A stretch of 64,000 bases of DNA, from positions 1 through 64,000 of the forward strand of contig NW_027272897.1 of NCBI RefSeq assembly GCF_040938485.1, given 5' to 3'. The notes below the pieces were generated by a model that was not told the DNA's origin, searched no databases, and was given only the letters and a program-made list of their open reading frames with translations. A program made the position numbers and the translations under genes. This document shows, in pieces, positions 13,301 through 25,551 of the stretch. This stretch comes from Diadema antillarum. Lineage: Eukaryota. Positions within the stretch are counted from its first letter, which is position 1; every line of letters starts with the position of its first letter.

Positions 13301-14820
13301 TTGAGGATTTAAAGTTTACGACAAGCCAAGAGATGGGAAAATGTATTCCCATATTGTTTTGAACGAACGATTTAATTTTATGCTTTAAAACTAGAGTTAA
13401 GGCACCCGGTGCGGTGCAAAACTGCACAAGTGCCAAGTAGTTGTATGTTATACATGTACATTGTAGGAAGGCGGCATCATAGAGTATGCCGTGAAGCTTG
13501 AAATGAGAAAAGAGATTTAGATAATCTAGTCTAGATCTGTCCACGTCTATTAGCTTTTCATCTGTATCCACCTGTCTTGTAAGTTGTGGGGCCTCTGAAA
13601 AGACAACAGTCTTTTTGTAATGCACTTCCACTTTTAGTATCGCCTATCGGTGCCCGCACTATTAAACTAAAAGTTCAATCTCCCGTGCCAAGGACTTCTT
13701 TATTGCAGTCTAAGTTTGAATGAGTAAATTATAAATAAACCTGGACCATTCTATTATCAATCCCCAATGTCAACGAATGAAATGCTTCCAAATCCAAGTT
13801 CCATTGCATTCCAAATGGGCAAACTATCAAATTTAAAGATAATATAAAGTTTTGGTACCTCAAAAGTTTCCCTGAGTTTCCTTGTCTTAGTTTGTGTTTC
13901 AGGTTAAAGTACCTTTCATATAACTAACAATGTGAGACTTTAGGTACTCGCCCCAAAGTTCTCTCATGTCTTAGTGATCACGCAATAATGATTTCGTACA
14001 ATACGTGTATATTGATTGTCGCGGTACCGTGTCGAGTCAAACTAACGGCTCGTTCAAATTTTTCAGAGCCCGCTCTGCTCTGGTACGAAACCATTATTGC
14101 ATGATTACTAAGACATGAGAGCACTTTGGGGCGAGTAAGTCTCACTAAGTTATATGAAAGGTACTTTAACCTGAAACACAAACTAAGACAAGGAAACTCA
14201 GGGAAACTTTTGAGGTACCAAAACTTTATATTATCTTTAAGACTCTAACCAATGCTAACTGCAGACGTACTGCTACGCCTACTGCAGACTGATTTTGTTC
14301 ACAAATTTATGTGTTTGATTTACCTTGATTTACCTTGATGTTGGGCATAAAGTGTACTGACTGGACTTATTTGCCCCTCTGCATCCTCTCTTTTTTAGTT
14401 TTTCCTGTGATTTATTGCAATTTCGAAAATTAGAATTCGAGATATCTACGTGGATACAAAACCAAAAGGACATTCAACAACAACCCGGTAAATCACATTC
14501 ACATCATGCATCATGAATACCAACCACCATCCATCACACAGTATCCATACAAGGTCGCACATACATTCAACTCAGTATATGGGACTATACATTCACAATT
14601 GGTATGCTTCCTTCCATGAAACATTCACACATTTGGAATATCCATGCACAAATATCACAATCACGAGATGTTACTTACTCCCTGGCTTTTTGCTCTTGTT
14701 CTCTTCACTTGTATTATCTTCTAAACTGACAGATCTGGAGGTCCTCGGCCTGTGGTGAACGTTATTTTCGTGGCTATTTTCATTGGGCTTCTCCGTTTCT
14801 ATCTCTTCTACGTCCGCCAT
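4208..14820 (-). CDS. TMEM30A: CDC50/LEM3-family P4-ATPase flippase beta subunit (TMEM30A-like), 7 coding exons, 387 aa
   Basis: Exons 14820-14679, 10219-10086, 9047-8895, 8257-8032, 6858-6727, 5766-5560 and 4377-4208 splice in frame (1164 nt) with GT-AG ends. Family motifs: [86 protein letters not shown]. Confidence 0.95.
4378..5559 (-). other. U12-type (minor spliceosome) GT-AG intron
   Basis: Donor GTATCCTTT at 5559-5551; branch site CCTTAAC at 4400-4394, about 16 nt before the AG; no polypyrimidine tract. Confidence 0.9.
4917..5332. mobile_element. TTAA-flanked MITE (Kolobok-like) inside the U12 intron
   Basis: TTAA|agacgcatagtcccggtag ... ccaccgggactatgtccct|TTAA; imperfect TIRs of about 20 bp starting AG. 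Confidence 0.75.
5560..5766 (-). CDS. TMEM30A: CDC50/TMEM30A exon 6
   Basis: aaccag|CCTTTGCC...TCCTACA|gtatcctt; KPPNWQ...[17 protein letters not shown]...GLPAGNY. Confidence 0.95.
6727..6858 (-). CDS. TMEM30A: CDC50/TMEM30A exon 5
   Basis: ctccag|ACACATTT...TCTGAAG|gtatgg; TFNITY...[15 protein letters not shown]. Confidence 0.92.
7469..8003. mobile_element. Long-TIR TTAA-type MITE, right end truncated
   Basis: Starts TTAA|aggggaaattcag. The arm from 7537 to about 7690 is the reverse complement of about 7850-8002 (aaaatttgactgaaatcagatgaaaaataaggaagttatgacattttgaagttttgcta...). Confidence 0.8.
8032..8257 (-). CDS. TMEM30A: CDC50/TMEM30A exon 4
   Basis: tgtgcag|GGTCCCATC...TTCAATG|gtaact; [20 protein letters not shown]...[11 protein letters not shown]. 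Confidence 0.95.
8895..9047 (-). CDS. TMEM30A: CDC50/TMEM30A exon 3
   Basis: aattcag|GTTCAAGAG...ATTGAG|gtaagc; VQEIMLDYT...CSCTLQFEL. Confidence 0.92.
10086..10219 (-). CDS. TMEM30A: CDC50/TMEM30A exon 2
   Basis: ttttacag|ACACAGCTTTC...AATAAC|gtgagt; [22 protein letters not shown]... Confidence 0.95.
12400..12960. repeat. Pyrimidine-rich (T/C) low-complexity tract
   Basis: Runs of tttc/tctc/ttttt throughout. Confidence 0.7.
13837..14236. mobile_element. Young 400-bp palindromic MITE with TTAA TSD (Kolobok-like)
   Basis: TTAA at 13833-36 and 14237-40. The outer about 87 bp of the arms are perfect inverted repeats (agataatataaagttttggtacctcaaaagtttccctgag...); imperfect pairing continues to about 160 bp. 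Confidence 0.92.
14679..14820 (-). CDS. TMEM30A: CDC50/TMEM30A exon 1 ([11 protein letters not shown]...ENKSKKPG)
   Basis: AAACATGGCG start context; ends CCAGGGA|gtaagt; phase 1 joins exon 2 to give [13 protein letters not shown]. Too short for the ORF track. Confidence 0.85.
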
Positions 14821-15070
14821 GTTTGCGCTACTAATCGATAATAAGGATTGGAATTTTTATGTGGGGTTCGATCATCCCTTGACGTATGACGTAATGTACT
14901 TTACAGGAGCCCCGTAGTTGTATAAAGAGTGTAGGATCTTTGGTTCTAGTACATGTACACCACAGAACATAGTTCTGTGATGTACACTTTGTGCTAGTAG
15001 ATGTACAGACGATACCTGCGAAACGAAGCAATTTGTTCCGTTTCCTTTTTACCATACAGCAGTGACGTCA
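14821..15070 (-). promoter_or_regulatory. Putative CDC50 proximal promoter/5' UTR with CRE-like and YY1-like motifs
   Basis: TGACGTATGACGTAA at about 14880-14894; full TGACGTCA at 15063-15070; CCGCCATGTTT (YY1-like) overlapping the ATG. Motif match only. Confidence 0.3.
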
Positions 15071-15616
15071 TGGCTAAAGTCGAGTTACCAGCCTCGTTTT
15101 ATGTGCATTATGCTTTGGAAGGTTAACGCCCAGTCATATAAGTTGCTCAGTTTTGTTGACAGTTGTTTTACAGTCCTAGCCCCACTTATCTTAGGACCTA
15201 ATACCAGTAATATATGGACAACAGAACTAAATTCTGTGATATGGACTCCATTGTCTGCGCATTGCAGCCTCTCTAATGCACTACGTTGTATTAATTTTTT
15301 TTTTTCAAATATCTTCAGTGAATTTTCTGACCGTGTTTGTGCAAGCTTAATTCCCAAGTTTCCTTGGGATATTGTGGAGATGAGGATTGCATACATTTGT
15401 GACTTTTTGCGAGGTACCAAGAAACAGTCGGGAAAACTAGTATGTATGTATCTGGACATGTATTAGTCTGGATATAGTGCGTGACAGAATGCGTAGTTTG
15501 CTATTGTAATTATGCAGGGTTTTATCATATTATCTGTTTTATAGTGTTACATCGCGAAGTAAAAATAAGAATAATTATGCCCATAATATATGAGTATGTA
15601 TGTATGTACATATATA

Positions 15617-15664
<48 letters not shown>

Positions 15665-17881
15665 CGTGATTTTAAAAAAAGAGGAAACGATATATCACTA
15701 CCGCGCGACGGTGTGCATAGATGTTTGAGAATGTTCTGCATAGGCACACTGATCGAGCCACCGACTTATCTCTAGTTGGATCTCCTGGTACCAACAAGGG
15801 CCATGCAACTTTTAATCCTTTATTCTTTGCTGCACTTCAACAATGGGTTTACATGCCCACGAACATGCTTACGCACAAAACGCACTTTACATATCGGAAG
15901 ACAGGTAATAATTATGTACATGATAAGCATATGCATAATTTTTGAATATATTAATTATTAAAAAGTTGAAATTTACGTATAAGGCATCAGTAATGTTGTC
16001 CTCGCCATTGTATTACTATACTATAAATGTCATGCTTTATTTCATCTTGTCAATCCCATACATTTATTCTTACACGTCACAATTCAATTTCAATATCAAT
16101 TTTATTGTCGTATTTCTCAGCGGAAAGTACATAAAGTATAATATAACAAAATAAGATTATAATGTCCAGCCTGAATTACAAGAAAAAAAATGCAAAAATA
16201 GGACATAACGGTCGATGTATTAGTTTCAATCGAAGTAAAAGAATAATATAGAGAATTCCCAAGATACAAAATAAGGGTAGGCCCATTTTTGTGGATTTTA
16301 ATTCTTTTTTTCCCCCAGACAGATGACGTTCATGATGTCGGAAGACAGAAAAAAAAATAACAGCTGGTTTTGTTTTGTTTTGTTTTTAAGCTCACGATAA
16401 ATTATCACAATTAATTATCACGATATTATTAGAGCAATTGTGATGCACTCCTCTGTCACCCTCATACCGTAATCCCCTTTTTCCCATTCAGTTAAAATAC
16501 ATGGTTCGATTTTCCTTCCGTTTCACAATATTTGATCAAATCTGTCACAGGGCGTATAAGTAGATTTCTCAAAGATGGGTACCAGAAGTTGAAGTAGATT
16601 TACTAAACTCAGATATTCCATAAACGTCGATTAACGTGTTTATACCGTATACGTAGAACGGATAATGATCTGAATCAATCATCATTCTTTCATACTTCCC
16701 TATTGTATAGTGATATCCTTATATATTCACGGAGGTTATCATACAGCGTCATCGCTGATCTCCAATATACCTCAGAGGCCACTGATCGTTGGTGTGTATA
16801 TGGTAAAACCCCAATCATACAAATCACAACTTCTAGTACAATTATACATTGACATACCTTGATCCTAGCTGTCGATTGATCTTGGAAACCATCAGGATAG
16901 TTACTTGCAATGCATTTATATTACAATTTTTCTTTCTACTGAGAATGTGCATATCATGGAAATATGATTTGATCTCTCAAGGCAAGAGTTTCACAACTCA
17001 ACTGAGCCATAATTTTATACATGTATGGTGAAACTCGAGTTCATCATGAGCACAATCAAGAATATACGAAGTAAATATATAAATATGTAAAATAACATAA
17101 AACATATATATATATATATATATATCAACATATAAACATAGAAATATAGCGTATATATACAGTAACTGCATAATGACAAAAGCAGTATAAATCTGATTTC
17201 CACTAACAAAAGATAATTTAAAGCACTTAAGATTTATAGAGATGAATGAATATTTTAGTGTTCGCTGCCTATCATACACATATTCTCATAATTCGAGACT
17301 GGTCTACTTTATGAAATATAATAGTGCGTACCAAAACTATGAGTAATCCTACCATTAGGACTGAAAATGGACCTTTGCAAGATTAATTTTGATAGAAATC
17401 TACAAGGATTACAAATTGAATTTTAAATCGCCGATGATAACATTTACACTTTAAGCTTTTGTTTGGAATGCATTGAATTTGCTTTTATCGCCGTTTACTC
17501 AAAGTAAATTCCCCATTACACTCTCCATACATTGATGTTTATGTGTGTATTTTTACTCAAAGGTCCTAGCATATAATCTGCCTGAAAGCGATATGACACC
17601 ACATCCATTCGTGTATGCTCACTTCGGAATAAAGAGATACCAATGTTACTATATACTGTAGATACCTATACTGTATATACACATATTCAAGTGATATACT
17701 TTTAATATTTTTCGTATGTTTTGTAGGACGGTAAAGACTTCGAAATTAGATATTCCTCGGATATGTAACAAACAAGCGAAAATATAAGGAACATATAGTC
17801 ACAATGTTATATAATGCTCATATCGGAATAAAGCGCTACCAATATTACTATACTGTGCCTATATTATTCTAAGTGATACTT

Positions 17882-18415
17882 TCAATATTTTTCATATGTT
17901 TTATAAGACGTGAAAGTCTTCGAAATCAGATATTCCTCAGAGATGTAACAAATGAGCGAAAGTATAAGGAACGCCATCATGCTGTAGAGTTTGTGTGAGA
18001 CGCAGATAACGCGTGGAATTGTGAGGGCGTATGATGCAGCGGAACCCACAGCCTGCCAGAGACGATAGTTGGCGAAGGCCGGCTCTTGAACATCTGGAAA
18101 CACAACTCCAACTATAGCTGTTGAAATATGGGAGTAAATGTGACAAAAAACGTGAGGAAAAATAATGTTCATTTTTTAAAAATGTCATCTAACTTTTGAA
18201 ATTTGACAACTTTGCAATGAGTATTGTGATTTGGAGTTTTGGTTGTTTATACACTACATCAGATTCGTGGGTATTGATAAAAAATTCACGTGACGTTACT
18301 CATCATCTTTCAAAACAAATTTAAACCTAGAGTATTGTGATAAAACATTTCTCGCTAATATTGTAAAGAAAAAGAATGTAGATGACCTACATACACACAC
18401 ACACGCACACACAAA

Positions 18416-18465
<50 letters not shown>

Positions 18466-21400
18466 CATATATATTACTTTAATGGACGAAATCTTTCTTG
18501 TATTTTTCGGAAGTATATGTCAGGAGTGTGGTGATATGTAAGATTTATTCACCAAGAAAGAAAGTTGTGAAAATTAAGGTATATATAGTATACACTTTTT
18601 TTTATTTGGGAGGAGGGTATGACGTAAGACACGCCAAGATCATGGTAGACTATAAGTGTGCTTACAATTTGCTTTGGGAAGATATCTTGCTACAGTGAAT
18701 CTCGAAGTTTCGTTAAAACATTTTTTGTTGAGATAATGAGAAACCTCTTATGAAATATGAAAGAGCATGTAATTCTATGATGAATTCAACATTTATTTGG
18801 TGAAAATTGGTTTTGAAATGGCTGAGATATCCAAAAAAGAGCGATTCTAATAAAGTGTGGGACCCACACTTTATTACGATCGCTTTGTTTTACTTTGTTT
18901 TTGGATGTTTCAGTCATTCCAAACCCAATTTTCATCAAATAAACTTTGAATTCCTCTTAAAATGGTATGCTCTGTGCTATATCATAAGTGTTTTCTTGGT
19001 ATCTCGCAAAAAGTTAAAAGCCCAATTCTCATCTCCACCAATACTGTACTATCCCTTTAAGGTACACTGTCTTATAGTAAAAGTTATTGGAACAGAATGC
19101 TTTACTCCAGGAAAGGTCAATCATGCAAAAATAATCGATATCGCGTTCCGGGGGATGGAGTACCATCAGTTATGTTACTAAAATTTTTAAATTCCTCTTC
19201 TCCGGCCATACCTGAATATCTAAAAGAGTATGTATATTGTATATTATACTCGCTTGATTGTCGATCATGGAGAATATTGGGGAAGGTGCTTAAAGCGACG
19301 ATGTATAGTTTTGGTTGAGATGGGGATTAAGGTTTTAACTCATTACCAGATTATCAAAAACCGCTTATATGAAATAATGTAGAGAATACAATTCTACGAG
19401 AAATTCAAAGTTTACTTGAAGAAAATTGATTTTAAAATTGCTGTGATATCCCAAAACAAAGAGGTCCTAATAAAAGTTGGGACTCACCTGTTATCAGGAT
19501 CACTTTGTTTTACTTGTTTGGGGATACATTAGCCATTTCAAAACCGACTTTCCTCAAATAACTTTGACTTCCTCCTAGAATTGTATGCTCTTTGGTATTT
19601 CACATAAGGGGTTTATAATTAACTGGCAAAGAGTTAAATCCTGAATCCCCATCTTAATCAAAACTATATCATCCCTTTAAGGAGCGATTCATCTTGAATA
19701 GACTTACATTGTATCTGGGTTTGCCACACGGCGTCTCCGACTCCCCATCCCATGGCTAACAACACCATCTGCCACATGGCCGAGGTGTGCGGGTTCCACA
19801 TCACGAAGATGACCATTAGGACCAAATGGAGGACACCGCCGAACATAAAGATAGCAATGCGACCAGTGTACTTCTCTAGCTGTCCGAAGATGACCGACGC
19901 CAGAGCGTCAAAGGCACCGTACGCTATCATGGTGTAGCCGACCATCCCTGACCCCTCTGTGCAGCTCACGTACGACTATATAAATCAAGGCAATGGTAAC
20001 AGGAACAACAAAGTATTAAACATTTTTTCTCCCAACTTCGTCTCTTGCTTTTCAAAATTTTGATGTCCTTTTTGCTTAAGCATTTTCTGACGCCTGTTCC
20101 TATAGTTTCATATGTTTGTGTACAGCTGTGGCTCTATCATTCGTGAGTCCCTATAGGGTAGTTACTGAATGACTCAACTGCCAATGTCGACAGACGAAAA
20201 CATACACGATATCTAGCTATGGACTGTAGTGTAGTGTTATAACGAATTGCAATTTGGTATTTCAAATAATCACCTTTAGATCTGCTCTGGTATAAAAGCA
20301 AGTCCAAATAAATAACATTAAGCACTAGGTTATTTATCATTACATTGCTTGTTTGTAAATTTGATTTGTTTTCTCCGTCTGAGTATTGCAGATACTCTAA
20401 ATTTTGCGTATCCCCTTTCTCTTCTATCAAATTTTGTGTATTCTGAGCAGATGTTTGTGACACTGGATTTATGAGTAAATTTCAAACGGTCGAATATATA
20501 TAGTTTTAGACAAAATGAAATATGGCTCCAAGGGGGCAGAAAGAGAATGCGATGTAACAGTTTCTGTAGGGTACAGGTTATATAACCACCCCCGGCCCCC
20601 AAGTGATTTCTGGGTACCTGTTTTATCATCATAGTCAAGGGCATTCCGGAAGGCCATTAACTCATGACTACTTCCTTTTGGTCAAATAGAGACGCACTGA
20701 TGGAAATGGTTGCAGTCCTTCAAGCTTTATTGTCATTGGTCACTTCCTTTATGTCTATAGACAATGAATGACCTCATTGACAGATTGATATACTTCCAAG
20801 TTAGGTAGTCTGTTAATACTGCCTGCAATATTATGTGTGTAATTATGTTGATGTCTATGCAGTTTGTAGCTTCTGTGAATGGAGAAAATTAGAAGACATC
20901 AATCTATTAAAAAAAAAATTGTCATGACTACAATCATCACTAAAGGTATGGTAGGCCTATACTTCATCCATGCAAAAATTTGTCAGGATTTTGCCATATA
21001 CATCTAGAGCAATAATGTTAACCCCATTATACGGTGAAAACGTTATACAGTATTTGGATATTGATTTTGTTCTCGACAAATACTTCAAAACTTCATCTAT
21101 TAATAGTGTTTTCAGATGTTACTTCTTTGCCAGTGGTTATACAGTTCCGGCGAATAAGCCAACAAAAAGCGCATAAAGATCAACTGAGGTCGGAGAGATC
21201 GAGAGATCATAGAAAACACGATTTAATTCTTGTCCTTGTTTGTGGGAAATAACACAGCAAGAGACCTTCGCCAGTAAACAATCATGTTCTAAAGATAGTT
21301 TACCTTCGTGAAATCTGCGCCTATGAACGCTTGTTCGACTCCACTGTAAATCATGATAGGAATGAGGAGTAACAAGTATGGAGATTTCATGAGATGAAAT

Positions 21401-22230
21401 GCAGATGTCAGGTGATCACGCACGTGACTCCAGTTGAATTTTTTATCCTCATCGTTCCCGTCGGGGATTCTGTCAAGGAGGAATGTCAAGACGACGATTG
21501 CTAGGAGACCGACTCCTACGTAGATGGAGATGAGAACTGATACTTGATTGTCCTTCGTCTTCGCTCCTCCTTCGATCGTGGTAAAATTGATGTTGCTACC
21601 GCAACTGTCACGACCACAATAATCTACTGAAACCGAGGTCGAATTGTTGGTCAGGACTACCGAGGAAATAGTGTTACCAATTACATGGCCAAATTTCAGG
21701 AAGCAGAAGAAGATGCCATTAAATCTATTGATGATGGTCTCTGGAACCCTGCCCGTGACGTCTGCTAGCTGGATGGCGGAGGTTGTGATGTATGTACTCA
21801 CTGCGGCCCAAAACGGCGACGCGGCAAGTCCCAGTAACCCGGCGGCAGGAATGAGTGTGTATGCCGCTGGGTAAAAATTAGCTGCCGAGTACAAGGCGTA
21901 GAAGAAACAGCAAACCACGAGCGTCCACTTAACTTTCAGCAGCCACACGACCAGGGGTGTGATAAAACTTGACAGGATAAGTCCTACATAGATGGCACAC
22001 AATGATCCGACCCCAATCCCAGCGTTGTAGTTTAGACTACTCTGTAGATTTGCAAGCGCGCCGTTTGCAATGAACGTCAGCATGAACGCGATGGAGACAA
22101 TGAGCAGGTTCTTCCAGTAGCGTAGTGGACTGAAGAGCTTCGGGTCACGACAACTGTCGATTGAATTCGACATTTCCGACGACGAATTATATGAACGACT
22201 GAACAGCGATGGCTTTTCCTCATTAACCAT
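17882..22230 (-). CDS. UNC93A: UNC-93-like MFS protein, copy 1 (intact, 3 exons, 476 aa)
   Basis: Exons 22230-21304 (AAG|gtaaac), 19975-19708 (tatag|TCG...CAAT|gtaagt) and 18117-17882 (caacag|CT...TGA). UNC-93 motifs: KNLLIVSIAF, LANLQSSLN, ANFYP, GLAASPFW, LLIPIMIYSGVEQAFIGADFT, GWGVGDAVWQTQ, EPAFANYRLWQ. Confidence 0.92.
18727..19060. mobile_element. TTAA-type palindromic MITE, left end eroded (same family as 19294-19676 and 29485-29849)
   Basis: Internal inverted repeat around aataaagtgtgggacccacactttatt; ends tactatccct|TTAA. Confidence 0.7.
19294..19676. mobile_element. TTAA-flanked palindromic MITE
   Basis: TTAA|agcgacgatgtatagttttggttgagatggggatt ... aatccccatcttaatcaaaactatatcatccct|TTAA. 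Confidence 0.8.
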
Positions 22231-22909
22231 AGTTAAAGTGATGGCTTATCTTCTTCTTCTTCTTCTTCTTTTTCTTCTTCTTTTCTCTGGAAAATTTTTG
22301 GTTCTTCTGTCGACATGATGTCAAAAACTAATGTGACGGTCTTATAAACAACTAGTGGCTGACCCGCGCACATTACGTTGTATTTCAGGAGTTGGAATGA
22401 AAAGTTCGCAAATCTACTCTCTTGGAACGGAGGACTACCCGGTCAGGCGTAAAGGGCAGATCAATGGATTTGTCATTGGATAGACTGACTAGAACTGATA
22501 GGCACAGATAATAACGTATAGGACCGAAGGTGATGGGGGATTAAAGGGTAGGACTGAAATCATGGAACTGCAGACGGGAAAAACATCGCTTTTAGTAACA
22601 ACGGTGAATGGTGGTACATGTATCGTGTGTCCAAAGTAAAATGAGATAAAACAAAACAAAGAATATATACATGTAAATGTATATATAAGTATTTGTATGT
22701 ATGTATGTATGTATGTATGTATGTATGTATGTATATAATATAGAGTGCAAGAAATTAGACTTGAGGCGGACGTTGTTCTCGATCTTGTTCTCCCTTTTAA
22801 TCGAGCTTTCGGCCTGTCTGATTTTTAATTTCTTTCACTATAACTATGCTACCCACAATGAGGCACCGCGTACATTTGGGACAGGAACGATCTCTCGCAC
22901 TATAATATA

Positions 22910-23949
22910 CACTCAGCAAAAAAAGTAAGTTCCCCCCTAACATTTTTGGACGTATCTCAAAATGTATTTTACGGATGTTCATAATTCGAACGGGAATGGA
23001 TAGGGAATTTCATTACTCTTAACATGAATGGCATATCATTGCCACCAGATATCATTATTGGTGTAAAAAATCGCATTTTATGTCAAAATGCATGGGAAAA
23101 AAAGTTGCACTTTAGGCCATAGAGAGCATATTGTATACATTTCCTATGTAAGTTATCAAATGATCTTTTTAAATTGTGTAATTCTCAGGAATTTCTTCAG
23201 GTACAATGTGCTTCCCTATTAAACAGATGTTATGCATACTTTTTGAACAATAGGCCTTCTCAATATGAAAATATTGGTAGAAGCCATGTGATTTGTAATT
23301 CCAATTCAGGTTGATCACATTAATGTGTCTGTGGGCATTTTGCATCATGCCCTCAAGTTGTACATCAGTTTGCTGAGGGAAATGGCATCGAATGTATGGA
23401 GTGGCCTGCAAGGTCCCCTGACTGTAATCCAGTAGAGAATCTTTGGGATATCATTAAGTGGAAAGCGAGCAAGAAGTTGAAAGATGACACTTCACTGCAA
23501 GAATTTCAGCGCATCTTGCAGAGAGCATGGACCAACATTGAGCAGCGCCAAGTACAAACTTTAGTTAACAGTATGAGGAGGAGATGGCGGCTGGTCATTG
23601 CGGGTGGTGGACATATCAATTATCAAATACTTCACTATATGCTCATGAAAAGAAAGAGATAGAGAAATATGCAATAACCCATGCTTAAATGTTCAGAATC
23701 ATGAGTGATTGTTTGATTATTTGTGTAAAAGTCATTGCAAATCACTAAAGTGCAACTTTTGTTTCCATGCATTTTGACATAAAATGCATTTTCCACACCA
23801 ATAATGATATCTGGTGGCAATGATTTGCCACTCATGTTATGAGTAATAAAATTCTTTATCCATTTCCGTTTGAATTATGAAAATCGGTTGAATACTTTTT
23901 GAGATATATCCACAAATGCTAGGGGGGAACTTACTTTTTTTGCTGAGTG
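22910..23949 (+). mobile_element. Tc1/mariner internal-deletion derivative (about 205-bp TIRs, TA TSD, transposase C-terminal remnant)
   Basis: TA|cactcagcaaaaaaagtaagttcccccc ... ggggggaacttactttttttgctgagtg|TA. The 23396-23662 ORF reads EWPARSPDCNPVENLW, the Tc1 WPxxSPDLNPIENLW motif. Confidence 0.92.
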
Positions 23950-24182
23950 TATATATATATATATATATATACATACATATATAGACTTGTTAATATTTTG
24001 ACCCTATTCATTTAAAACTTCCGAGAATGACGGATACGGGTATAGTTCTTGATGAGTGATTTGATGAGCAGAGGAGGGAAGACGGTGAAAAGTTACCTGG
24101 TCAAAATTTATCTTTTGTTGGTCTTTTTGTATTCTGTATAGGACAAACTTGGTAAGGGCTTGGTCACGGTACAGCTATTTGC

Positions 24183-24234
<52 letters not shown>

Positions 24235-24255
24235 GTGTGTGTGTGTGTGTGTGTG
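24183..24255. repeat. Compound (CT)n(GT)n microsatellite
   Basis: Direct reading. (TA)n arrays also occur at about 924-960, 15620-15662, 51650-51705 and 52021-52060. Confidence 0.95.
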
Positions 24256-25403
24256 CGCTTATTCCAGCGTTACATGACACAGTGTATTGTTTACCATTGG
24301 GAGCAGTGATTTAAGAATGAGTTTGAGTTATCATATTTGATGCACATGATTGTGTAGGTCAGTAGGTAGGATCACAAAACATCCTACATATGAAAAATTT
24401 GCAATAAAACCTAAAATGTAAGGAGATATCTCTATTTTTCTCAATAAATCATAACTGTAGACGGTTTATTCTAGAAACAAATTTATAACTCTTGTGCACA
24501 TTTTGTATACTTTACAATACTTAACATTGATTATATTGATTAACATTTTCACATTGGTTGTTTCTATGACTCACATTTGAGACCTATTTTGAAGAACTAT
24601 TAAAGCTCGATTTTTGTTTCATCTGCAAAATGGTATATAATGCCTTTAAAGTCACAATATCATCACGCTCATGGGATGATACCAAGCACAAATTGAGCTG
24701 GTATTCGCACACAAAGGTTGACGTCATTTTTGTCTCGTTTATCTTCGTTCTGTTCCTGTGTTTGTTGTTTGTTATAGTTTTTTTTTTTTCATGTGGGTAG
24801 TTGGGGTCAAGGTAAAGCTATACCGTATATCAGAGACTGGGATGGCTGGTAACTGAGGTCATTAAAGCGAAATATCTTTAGCACGACATGAAAATCGTGT
24901 CAGTCAAGCGCGATGGCGGGTGAAGATTGTACAGGTTATAGTAATCACGTAATGAAGGAGAAAGATGGTACTTAGTAGATTACAGAATCGATGTATTACG
25001 TGTATTTAGCCGCATGTGTAAATTAGATAGTTTAATAAGGTGTGCATCAGTGTCCTTATACATGTACACATAAAATATGACTTTGCTGAACGTATGTTTA
25101 ATATGTATACATGTTGAAGTTGAAGTTAATTGTCTATATTCACGTGTTTACATGGCATAATACAGTGTACATAACCAAAGACACATGCATGAAAAAGGTA
25201 CCAGGAAATAGCATGAATGCTAATCATGTCTGATACCTGTCTTATACAAGGTTCTTAAAAGGTAGTATTAAGTAAGATATTATGAATAGCATGAAACATG
25301 AACATACTTACAATTATTTACAGTAAAACATTTCAATTGAAAACTTGACATGATAATACATTTCCTGCTATACTTGTAATTAGCGGGTGGGTGTAAAGTG
25401 ATG

Positions 25404-25551
25404 NNNNNNNNNNNNNNNNNNNNNNNNNNNNNNNNNNNNNNNNNNNNNNNNNNNNNNNNNNNNNNNNNNNNNNNNNNNNNNNNNNNNNNNNNNNNNNNNN
25501 NNNNNNNNNNNNNNNNNNNNNNNNNNNNNNNNNNNNNNNNNNNNNNNNNNN
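25404..25551. other. Assembly gap (148 N)
   Basis: Run of N. Confidence 0.99.

Noticed and set aside
15062-15466. Overlapping 124-134-aa ORFs upstream of CDC50 as a divergent gene
   Set aside because: No recognisable domain or coding bias, and no supporting downstream exons.
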